The translations under genes were made by a program, and so were the position numbers. From assembly GCA_010093745.1 (NCBI GenBank), contig MU005959.1, positions 176,270 to 240,269 of the forward strand: a stretch of 64,000 bases of DNA. Reading direction: 5' to 3'. The notes beneath the pieces were generated by a model. It was given only the letters and a program-made list of their open reading frames with translations. It had not been told where the DNA came from and searched no databases. This DNA comes from Piedraia hortae CBS 480.64. Its lineage: Eukaryota. Positions 35,712-44,912 of the stretch are shown one piece after another; the first letter of the stretch is position 1; each line of letters opens with the position of its first letter.

Positions 35712-35791
35712 GGTTCTATAGTGTAGCGGTAAGCACGCTGGATTTTGATACAAAAGTTCCAGAGACCCCGGTTCGAACCCGGGTAGGACCT
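35712..35791 (+). tRNA. tRNA-Gln(TTG) with 8-nt intron (35749-35756)
   Basis: GGTTCTA/TAGGACC-T acceptor stem, CTGGA-TT-TTG-A[tacaaaag]T-TCCAG anticodon arm, CCCGG-TTCGAAC-CCGGG T-arm, T5 terminator. Confidence 0.93.
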
Positions 35792-36006
35792 TATTTTTGT
35801 ATATCTCCGCCAATTTTTTTTGCATGCATAACTATCATCTACGAAGAAGGAAAGCAGCAAACTGTGGTTGTTTTCTATTATTCGTCGTTGCGGCCAAAAC
35901 CTACGGTAAAGTGGATGCTGCACGCGGGGTTAATTCCGCGTATGGGGATTATTCAGCGGGTGTTGCAAGATCAACCCCGCGTGCTAGATTCATAGAGGGG
36001 CAAAAA

Positions 36007-37350
36007 ATGCCGAAGCGGAATCGTGGGTATGAGGATAAGACGAAGGGTGGGAGGGTGAGTAAGAAATCTAAGATGGAAGAGGGGAAGGGAGGGAGGGATG
36101 CTTTGCTTGGGAAGGGAAAGGGGAAGGGGAAGGGGACTGCTTCGTTTGGGAAGAGGAAGAGTGGGAAGAATGGGAAGAAGGATACGCGTGGGCAAGAGAA
36201 AGGAGGCGTCAGGGCGTCCGCTCAAAATGTGGTGAGGGATGAGGCAGAAGGAGGGCCGGGTGAGAAACCTGTGGACGAGGAGATTGCGCCGACGGTATCC
36301 ACTCCGACGATACTCGCTACCGCGCTCGGTGAGGAGAGTGAGCTGCCCATAGAAGATGATATCACGCCTAAGCCGAAACCAGCTGCTCCGACGGTGACCT
36401 CTACCGCGCTCCTTGGGGGGTACGAGAGTGAAGAGGAGGTTAACGATGCGATGGAGGAGGAGGGGCGGGGGGATCTTGGTGGGAGGATGAGGGTTGTTGT
36501 GGGGGATGATGATGAGGAAGAAGAGGAGGAGGAGGGACGGGGTGACCTCGGCGGAGAACCGAGAAACGATGGCGAGCAGGAGGGTCTGAATGCCGAAGAA
36601 AAGAAAGATCCCTCCGATGATGAAGAGTCAGCAGGGGCATTCGAATCCGCAAGAGAAGCGTTCAGTCATGACGACCACTCCCCCGCCGAAGACGCAAAGA
36701 CCAGCACCATCGACACATTATTCGCCAAACGCGAACCGCCCAAATCAGCCCTCGAACAAGCCAAAGCAGCACGCAAATCGGGCGTTGTGTATATGTCCCG
36801 CGTGCCGCCATACATGAAGCCGCATACGCTTCGCCATTTCCTCACTCCTCACGCACCTTCAGGACTAGGGCGCATCCTCCTCATGCCGGAAACGCGTGCC
36901 GCGCGGAGGTTACGCTTACGCAAAGGGGGGAATAAGAAGAAGGTTTTCACCGATGGATGGATCGAGTTTGTGCGTAAGAAAGAGGCCAAGGCGGCTGTTG
37001 AGTTGTTGAATGGGAATATCATGGGCGGGAAGAAGGGGAATTTCTACCATGATGATTTGTGGAATTTGAAGTATTTGACGGGTTTCAAGTGGAGTCATTT
37101 GACGGCGCAGATTAAGGATGAAGAGGCTGAGTTTGAGGAGATGATGAGGGAGGATTTGAGAAGGATGAAGGATGAGCACAATAAACTTGTTGCGAATGTG
37201 GAAAAGGGGAAGATTGAAGCGAGGATTGAGAAGAAGAAGGGACGTAGAGATGGGGCCGTGAAAAGATCGTTTAAACAAAAGGAGGGGAGGAATAGAGATG
37301 AGGAAAAGGTTGAGGAGGGGTTGATGCCTGCTTTGGGGAGGATTTTCTAG
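36007..37350 (+). CDS. ESF2: Pre-rRNA processing protein Esf2 (ABT1 family)
   Basis: KSGVVYMSRVPPYMKP, GGNKKKVFTDGWIEF, MGGKKGNFYHDDLWNLKYLTGFKWSHLTAQI. Confidence 0.92.
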   Translation: MPKRNRGYEDKTKGGRVSKKSKMEEGKGGRDALLGKGKGKGKGTASFGKRKSGKNGKKDTRGQEKGGVRASAQNVVRDEAEGGPGEKPVDEEIAPTVSTPTILATALGEESELPIEDDITPKPKPAAPTVTSTALLGGYESEEEVNDAMEEEGRGDLGGRMRVVVGDDDEEEEEEEGRGDLGGEPRNDGEQEGLNAEEKKDPSDDEESAGAFESAREAFSHDDHSPAEDAKTSTIDTLFAKREPPKSALEQAKAARKSGVVYMSRVPPYMKPHTLRHFLTPHAPSGLGRILLMPETRAARRLRLRKGGNKKKVFTDGWIEFVRKKEAKAAVELLNGNIMGGKKGNFYHDDLWNLKYLTGFKWSHLTAQIKDEEAEFEEMMREDLRRMKDEHNKLVANVEKGKIEARIEKKKGRRDGAVKRSFKQKEGRNRDEEKVEEGLMPALGRIF

Positions 37351-37610
37351 CCTCATTGGGATCGTTTGAGTTGATCACTAGATGTGTTTCCTTATCATCA
37401 CCTTCTCAATAACAATAATAACCGATATTCAAGCTTCGGGGCATTTTTGGGTGTCTATCCGTGGTTCCGCCTCACCTCCCCCACTCCTGTCATACTGACA
37501 TAGCTCGGCCCGTGCCGGACAGGTGCATCGTGATCTCATGCGGGGCAGCGATCATGCACAACCATTTCTAGGGCCAGGTGCCTGCCTATCCAATTTCTCT
37601 CCAACCCAAA

Positions 37611-38761
37611 ATGCGAACCATCATCCTCCCCATGGGCCCTCCCGGCTCAGGCAAAAGCACACTAACCAACGGCCTGCAACAATTCCTGACAGCTCTCGGC
37701 CGACCCTGCGACGTCGCCAACCTGGATCCTGCAAACGAAAACATCCAATACACCTGCATCTTTGACGTGCGGGATCTCGTCAGCGTGCAGGAAGTCATGG
37801 AGCAGCACGGCCTAGGCCCAAACGGCGGGGTTCTCTGGGCTATGGACGAAGTCGAGCATAATCTCGAGGAGTGGCTACTCCCACGAGTGGAAAACTGCTC
37901 AGAGACCCTAATCCTCGACCCTCCCGGCCAACCGGAACTGATGATCCATCATACCGCCCTCCCCCGGATCCTGGAAAGGCTGGAGAAGGAGGGTAATCGC
38001 GTGCGTGATTTCTGAAATGATACTGCCAGTGACTCATACCTATAGGTTAGATTGTCGTCGTGCAGCTTATTGATTCGGTGGTTCTTACCAGACCGTCGCT
38101 CTATCTCAGCAGTTTGCTCATCTGTGTGAGAGGGATGCTGCACCTGCCGTATCCGTTGGTGAACGTGCTCACGAAGATGGATAATCTCAAGGCTGTGGGA
38201 GGTGCGGATCTGCCGTTTAATCTTGATTTTTATACGGAGATGCAGGATTTGCAGCTTCTGATCCCCGCGTTGGAGGCCGAGCAGGCTGATTCGATGGTTG
38301 GGATGGGAAGTGAGAAGTGGAAGGGGCTTAATGAGGCGTTGATTTCTTTGATCGAGGATGCGGGGTTGCTGGGTTTTGAGACGCTGGCAGTTGAGGATAA
38401 GGCGTCTATGGCTTCACTGGTTAAGGCGATTGATAGGGCTAGTGGGTATGCGCTTGCTGGGGCACGCGCGACAGATGAGTTTGGGCGTACGCTGCAGGAT
38501 GAGACTAGTGTGTGGGCTCAGGCTATGAGTGATCATTGGGCGGGAAAGTTGGATATTAGAGATGTGCAGGAGAGGTGGATTGATAGGAAGGAGGAGTTCG
38601 ATGAGATGGAACGGAAGGCATGGGAGGAGGAGGCCCGTCTCGCGGGGGCGCTGGATAAGGATGGGGATGTGCCTGTGGATGAGGAGGAGGATCCTCTTAT
38701 TGCTGAGCAGAGGAAGTGGATGGAACAGCAGAGCCAAGGTACCAAGGTTGTGAGGAAATGA
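37611..38761 (+). CDS. GPN2: GPN-loop GTPase 2; exons 37611-38000, 38051-38761
   Basis: GPPGSGKST P-loop, NLDPANE, LGPNGG, PGQPEL..HH, VNVLTKMD, LPFNLDFYTE. Intron 38001-38050. Confidence 0.88.
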
Positions 38762-38877
38762 GGGAGCTAGAACACAACGGTCTACTGTATTCCATATTAC
38801 CCAAACCATCAATGGGAAATCCGCAGAGCTGAGCTCCACAGTCAACCGGTCAAAACTTTTTGATAGACACGATCGAC

Positions 38878-40386
38878 CTAATTCCAGCTACCCAACCTAA
38901 ACTTCCTCAACCACCACGGCGTCATGTGCACACCAGGCATCGGATGCGGCCTACTCGCCATGCGTCTGATACTTCTCACACGATCCATTCTCCAATCCAA
39001 CTCACCGGGCAAATCCTCCTTATCGACCCACTTACTCCACCCAACCCTGAACTCAACCAGCCCTGGAGCCATAACAAGCATAACCTCAATGGAAAAAAAA
39101 ACGCCCCTCTTCTCCGTCAACTCAGGAGGAATCCGACGCCTCATCATCCCCCGATCCGGCATCCTATCCGATTGCTGCAGCCAGCACGTCTTTAGATTAA
39201 AAAAAAAAAAAAAAACTCTGGTCGCCCCAAAAGGATATCCAATAGAAATTTGTGATGGAATCTACCCGTAATGCAGCAGTCAGTGGGTTTTGGACAGTTC
39301 CGAAGGCGCGTTCCGTTATGGGGACGCGGGTATCTAGCTCCCAGCAGAAGGTTGTCAAGTTGGGTAGGCATGAGAAGAGGTCTGCGAGGTCTTGGGTCTT
39401 GTATGAAACTTGGGACGCCCCATTTTATTTGGTGCATGGGCTCGCGGCCGAATTCGAGGGTTTGGAGATTTGTAAGCGTGCACAAGCGCGAGATGTCGGT
39501 TGAGGAGTATCGTCTGCCGTCGTAGAGGCGTAGGACTTCCAAGTTCGAGAGAGAGAAGATGCTGTCAAGATACTTGTGCATCGCGTCGTGGACATGTAGT
39601 GTGAGACTGAGTGTGGTGGGGACGAGCTCAGTGGCGGCTGCTGCGTTGGCTGAGGTCGTCACCAGTTCCAGTGCCGTGATGGCCGCGAAGAGGACCGTCG
39701 CCGCTGGTTTAAGTGTCGGAAGGGATGCGCCAGTGTCGCTTCTCGACCCGTATCTCAAATTACTCAGGTTAGGATGATTGGTAAAAAGTGGTATGACAGC
39801 GTCCTTGGCACTGGAAGGGAAATGATTGGGTCCGGTGCGTCTGTCGTAGAGGTCATCACCTGGAAGGTACCTCCCGCTCTCGATTCCGATATAATTACAA
39901 CTGTTTGAACCCTTTAAGCGGATTTACAGCCTGTCCAGCTGGTGGCCAGGCTTTGAGTATCAACTTCTTCAGGTTAGGCAAGTAACTAGGCAAAACTTCG
40001 ACCGAGTCTTGGCGAGGGTCCTGTATGCACAAGGATCCTAGGCTTGGCTAGAGAGTTTTTGTAGATAACTGTGGTGTCCCTCCTAGATTGGGATGAAATT
40101 GTCCAGTTCAAGGTGTTTGCTGAGGGAAGCATAGGGTGGCAATCAGGTGAGTGTGCTCTTGTTGCTGCGTGTATGACTTGGGCACGAATTCAGGTCGAAA
40201 GATTTCTCCAGCACGGTATTTCATGCGATCGGCTGTGAGCCTGAATAACTTCTGAAAGTCGGTATCGTACCAGAGCAGAGTGAGAACCTCGTCCGCCCAT
40301 GCTTTGTAGACACGCCAGATTATGCGCAGTGAAGATTTGTCGACTTGGTGTATTATGTTCAACTGGAGCTCAATCGGGATGTGCAT
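38878..40386 (-). pseudogene. F-box/leucine-rich-repeat protein pseudogene
   Basis: F-box-like start MHIPIELQLNIIHQVDKSSL..RVYKAW..LLW; LRR-like segments (LPNLKKLIL, LSNLEVLRL, LTNLQTLEF) spread over several frames with stops and an A-run at ~39199-39214. Confidence 0.65.
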
Positions 40387-40579
40387 CGTTCTCGTTCAAA
40401 AAGATTTGGTGGTTGTCAAGCCTGGGTGGATTTTTGATCGTGTGCTCAAAATGGGAGAATTTCGCCCTGACTGACACCCAACCTGTCAAATCAAAAAAAA
40501 AAAAAAAAACGCACTCCTCAAATCGTGAGCAACACAACACCCCGCACAGAAGGCCGGAAGGGTCCACCAAAAAAGAGCA

Positions 40580-40669
40580 CTCCCCCGGGTGGGCTCGAAC
40601 CACCAACCTTCCGGTACAACTATTATCGCAATAACAGCCGAACGCGCTAGCCAATTGCGCCACGGAGGA
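40580..40669 (-). tRNA. tRNA-Asn(GTT) with 16-nt intron, second copy
   Basis: Exons identical to 22442-22531; intron ttgcgataatagttgt; T6 terminator. Confidence 0.95.
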
Positions 40670-40755
40670 ATTTGTACTCAAAATTTGAGCAACATTGCAT
40701 AGATACATACTCTCACTACCCTCGCTAGCGCAGACAATTACCGCACCCCAACGTA

Positions 40756-41973
40756 ATGAACACACGAACATCGCGCTGGTCGGCACAGCCGAAACCGAAG
40801 AAAGAGAAACGAGAGAAGCGGCGAGGAATCGAGTCGCAGTCATCACACACCCAAACAGCCCAATCAACCGAGCATCAATCTACCGACTCCCAACCAGCAA
40901 CCCAACCCGCAGCGCAACCCCCCTCCAACCCAACCCTCCATCCCCACCGATCAACCCCCAAACGCTGGAACCCCTCCCACCCCTCCCTCTCCCACCTCCA
41001 AATCCTCAACCCCATCTCCTCCGGAACGTACGGAACCGTCTCCCGCGCCCTCTCTTCTCAAACCAACACCGTCCTCGCCGTGAAACAAACCCCCCTATCC
41101 CCTACCCACAACAATGGATTCCCCACTCCAACCCTCCGCGAAATCACCTCCCTCCACACACTCTCTCACGAAAGAATAGTCACTCTCGTCGAAGCGATCC
41201 TCACCCCCGAAAGCGTATACCTCGTGATGGAATACCTCCCTCACGACTTACAATCCCTCTTGGCTTCCCACCCGGGGAGGTTCACTCTCTCGGAGACCAA
41301 AACCCTGTTATCCCACCTAACCTCCGGCTTGGGGTACCTCCACAGGAAATGGCTGGTACATAGGGACATCAAACCCAGTAATCTATTACTCGGCCCGCAC
41401 GGCTTGAAAATCGCAGATTTCGGTTCGAGTAGATTGATCGGCGAGCCGAGGCCGGGGAATTTGACAAGTGTGGTTACGACGCTGTGGTATCGCGCGCCGG
41501 AGGTGTTGTTGGGGGAGAGGTTTTATGGAAGGGAAGTTGATTTGTGGGCCACTGGGTGTGTGTTTGCGGAGTTGGTCAAATGTGTTCCGGTTATGGAGGG
41601 CAGGACGGAGACGGATCAGTTGGATAAGATTTCGACTGTGTGTGGCGGGTTTGATGCTGCTTGGCCAAAGTGGAGGGCGTTGTCAAATGCGGGGTTGGTG
41701 AAGAGTTCGGGGAAGAAGAAGGGGGCTTTGAGGGATATGTTTGGGGACTCTTTGACGGAGAGGGGACTGGACTTGTTGCAGGGTTTACTGACGCTGGATC
41801 CGGAAAAAAGACTTAGTGCGGAAGAGGTTTTGAACCATGAGTGGTTTACTGAGCATCCGCAACCAAAGGATATGACTTTGTTCCCGAGCTTTCCATCGCG
41901 AGCAGGCAGGGAAAAGAGGTTGGCTGACGACGAGCCGGAAAAACCGCCGAGGGAGAAAAAGGTTCATCTATAG
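40756..41973 (+). CDS. CDK11/CDK10-like (PITSLRE-type) cyclin-dependent kinase
   Basis: GTYGTV, AVK, GFPTPTLREI, HRDIKPSNLL, DFG, VTTLWYRAPE, and a CDK11-type tail WFTEHPQPK..FPSFPSRAGREKR. Confidence 0.85.
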   Translation: MNTRTSRWSAQPKPKKEKREKRRGIESQSSHTQTAQSTEHQSTDSQPATQPAAQPPSNPTLHPHRSTPKRWNPSHPSLSHLQILNPISSGTYGTVSRALSSQTNTVLAVKQTPLSPTHNNGFPTPTLREITSLHTLSHERIVTLVEAILTPESVYLVMEYLPHDLQSLLASHPGRFTLSETKTLLSHLTSGLGYLHRKWLVHRDIKPSNLLLGPHGLKIADFGSSRLIGEPRPGNLTSVVTTLWYRAPEVLLGERFYGREVDLWATGCVFAELVKCVPVMEGRTETDQLDKISTVCGGFDAAWPKWRALSNAGLVKSSGKKKGALRDMFGDSLTERGLDLLQGLLTLDPEKRLSAEEVLNHEWFTEHPQPKDMTLFPSFPSRAGREKRLADDEPEKPPREKKVHL

Positions 41974-42156
41974 ACGTGCAGTCATGGGGCAGCAGAATTG
42001 AACATCATTGCAAGAAGAAAGCACACAGAATAATAGACGACAGAATTGCCAAATTATAGCACCGCTTCAGAAGGAAACAAGGCAGCAAAGACAAGACAGT
42101 ACAGAAAATGCAGCAATTTCTCAAGAGCAGGGAGACATAACATCATTGAGATCCAC

Positions 42157-43593
42157 CTAATAAAGTACAGCCACGAGCAATACCGCCACAGCCATCATCA
42201 ATCCACCATCAACCAATATCGTGGTAGCAGCACTCTTCTTTACCTTCTTGCCCTTCTTGCCCTTCTTGCCCTTCTTCTTCGACTCGTCGTCATTCTCGTC
42301 ATGCTCATCGTCGTTGCTTGGAGGAGTGGGAGCGTCTCTCGACTTCGTTCCCTTTGGCTTCTCCGTTTCCAGCTGCAAATCTTTCACCACCTTTCCATCC
42401 GGGCCATGAACGATGACAGCCGGAACAGTGTCCCTGACCGGGACGAGCCCTGCACGCCTGATTCCGACGACACCCTTCTCAATCAAGTCAAACGTTCCCT
42501 CTGGCTGAGGGGGCAGCTGGAAGTCTGTTGAAAAGCCCTTCGTAGTCGAAATCAGTCCAGCATCACACTGTTGCCTCTGCCTCTCCGCCACCATCTGCAC
42601 CCTCTTGCCCTTGATCTTTTCAAACTGCTCTTCAAGTGCCGCATAGTCTTGAAGCAGCTCGATATTTCCATCAGCAGTAGTCTTAACCAGACCATAGTTC
42701 GACGCCTCCTGCGTCCACTCATAGACCAGTCCTCCAGAGAAAGCCGTCATCTTGGGTCCATAAAGCGCCTGCACCTCTGTAAACGTGCGTGGCTGGACAA
42801 GGTTGCATCCATATTCAGAGAAGAAGATGGGGATGGCCGAATCGCCAAACGCGCGCACCAAGTCATCATAACCAGCCTCCTCAAATGATGAGCCGGCACC
42901 GCACCAAGAATACGAATTCAGGCCCAGGAAATCCGCATGCGAATTATCGCCGAGATCGCACTGCAAATATTGCATTGTATCGCGTCTTATATCAGCCACA
43001 TCCGCGGCGCTGTAACCAACCGGAATAGCACGAGGTCCACGCCTGTTGATATACATTTTGAGATCGCGCTGCAAAGCCCGAATGTACTTGGGATCAGTCT
43101 TCACTGTAGCGGGTGCGTCGAGGATCTTATTCCCTGCAAAGAAGCCCAGCGTATTTGGGTAGTGCATAAATGCCTCCACTACCCCAAATATGTGGGAAAG
43201 ATACTTGGCCGTATAGGATCCCACTGGGTCCAAGCGGTTCAGGCTCTCGCCGACCAAAGGCGAGTTGACGTCCAAGAGCATGTAGATTCCAGCAGCGTTG
43301 AAGATGGAAGCACATTCATCGTGGTCGAGTGTTGGGTCGAGGTTGTATGATCGAATGACATTGATACCGAGACGTTGCATCAAGGCGGCATCACGGAGAC
43401 AGAGGGTGGAGTTGGACAGCGGATCACCTTGCCCAGTACCGTATGAGGAGGATCCTCCAGGCTGATAATCGATACCGATGAGCATGAAGCGTGCATTCGT
43501 GTCCGAAGAGACGAAGTTTTGGGAGTCGATGGTGATGGGTTTGAGAGCCAAAGCGGCCGGGAGGAGGAAGGTGAAGAGAGATTTGGTGAACAT
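42157..43593 (-). CDS. GH72 beta-1,3-glucanosyltransferase (Gel2-like, no X8 domain), GPI-anchored; acid/base Glu replaced by Lys
   Basis: Signal peptide MFTKSLF; GIDYQPGG, DPLS..CLRDA, HDECASIFNAAGIY, VGYSAAD, NSYSWCG, FSEYGC, FSGGLVYEW; hydrophobic C-terminus. Confidence 0.92.
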   Translation of the reverse strand: MFTKSLFTFLLPAALALKPITIDSQNFVSSDTNARFMLIGIDYQPGGSSSYGTGQGDPLSNSTLCLRDAALMQRLGINVIRSYNLDPTLDHDECASIFNAAGIYMLLDVNSPLVGESLNRLDPVGSYTAKYLSHIFGVVEAFMHYPNTLGFFAGNKILDAPATVKTDPKYIRALQRDLKMYINRRGPRAIPVGYSAADVADIRRDTMQYLQCDLGDNSHADFLGLNSYSWCGAGSSFEEAGYDDLVRAFGDSAIPIFFSEYGCNLVQPRTFTEVQALYGPKMTAFSGGLVYEWTQEASNYGLVKTTADGNIELLQDYAALEEQFEKIKGKRVQMVAERQRQQCDAGLISTTKGFSTDFQLPPQPEGTFDLIEKGVVGIRRAGLVPVRDTVPAVIVHGPDGKVVKDLQLETEKPKGTKSRDAPTPPSNDDEHDENDDESKKKGKKGKKGKKVKKSAATTILVDGGLMMAVAVLLVAVLY

Positions 43594-44189
43594 GTTGGCT
43601 TTGGAATGCTGATCGAGAGATGATTGGGATGGGAATGTGGATGAGAGGAAAAGAAAGAGAAAGCTGCGACGCTGATATAGAGGGAAAAGAAGGGGGAGGG
43701 AAGGCACGTCTCGGTTGGGTGTGGATTGGGAAGAAAGAAGGCTGATGGTTAGAAAGGCAGGCACGGTGGGTAGGCTCCATTGGAGATTACGTAGGCAGCA
43801 AGTACATCCAGTCTGATGGAATGATTGAAAAGAGGTGATGGACCCTACCATGCTGAAAGTATGGTGTGAGACTTTTGCATTCTGGCAACTGAGAATGCCC
43901 ATATCTGAGCACCGCATCTGCTTAACTGGCTCTATCACTGCACTCAAGAAGCTATTGAGTGGATGTCAGTTCCATCTGCTGATTGACGTTCATCCGTCAG
44001 CCTGAATCGAGTTTGAGCCCAGCTTCCACATCGATGGCATCTCTGCAAAGCTCGTGCCGACGAATCGACCGTTTCTCCGACCCATTATTGCTGTCTCAAT
44101 GCAGATGGAATGTATTAGGATGTCACATGCGAAGTCGTAGAGGTGACGTGTGATGTGTGCCCCACGCGCCCCCGCAGTCCACCAACGTT

Positions 44190-44300
44190 CCCCCCCCCCC
44201 CCCCCAAAAAAAAAAAAAATATTCCGCGAAGCTCAACGACGCAAAAACAGCCCAGCCCAGCTATAGCAAAGCAAAGCAAAGCAAAGCAAAGCATAGCACA
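44190..44300 (+). repeat. C16-A14 tract and (GCAAA)5 microsatellite upstream of TSR2
   Basis: C16A14 at 44190-44219; GCAAA x5 at 44266-44290 plus two degenerate copies. Confidence 0.9.
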
Positions 44301-44337
44301 ACACAGCTTCACGCAGCGCTATCTATACACACCCATA

Positions 44338-44901
44338 ATGTCCCTCTCCCCCACCCTCAAGCCTTTACTCGACTCCTCTATCTGGTACCTGTTATCCCTC
44401 TGGCCAGCTGTAGAAATTGCCTGTTCCAACGGTTGGGGCGGACCAGAGAGCTACAGTAAAAAAGACTGGTTCGCAGCCGAGATCGTCGAATACATAACCA
44501 ACGGACAAGATGGATCAACGCCTCGAGAAAAACAAGAGGATCTAGAGGTTTTCCTGTTGAACGTCATGGCAGATGAGTTTGAGACGGTGCTTGAAGATGA
44601 GAGTGAGGTTGATGTTGCAGCTGGCATGTTGAAGATTTACGATGATCTATTGAATGGTGATAGTGGTGCTGCGCGGCAGATCAAAGCGAGGTGGGAAGGG
44701 AGGGGGAGGTTGGTTACTGATGTGAGGGTGGAAGAGCCCGAGGGTGAGGATGGTGAGGAGGGTGAGGACGTAGAAGACTATGATGGTGATAGTGATGATG
44801 AGATGATGGACGTAGACGACAACGCCCAGAAGAAGAAAAAGAGAGAGAAGCCAAAGGCGGAGGTGGATGAGGATGGGTTTACAAAAGTCGTGAGGAGGTA
44901 A
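44338..44901 (+). CDS. TSR2: Pre-rRNA processing protein Tsr2 (WGG domain)
   Basis: LWPAVEIACSNGWGGPES..KKDWFA, DLE.FL..VMADEFETVLEDES, C-terminal VDEDGFTKV. Confidence 0.92.
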   Translation: MSLSPTLKPLLDSSIWYLLSLWPAVEIACSNGWGGPESYSKKDWFAAEIVEYITNGQDGSTPREKQEDLEVFLLNVMADEFETVLEDESEVDVAAGMLKIYDDLLNGDSGAARQIKARWEGRGRLVTDVRVEEPEGEDGEEGEDVEDYDGDSDDEMMDVDDNAQKKKKREKPKAEVDEDGFTKVVRR

Positions 44902-44912
44902 TGGCGGGTTTT

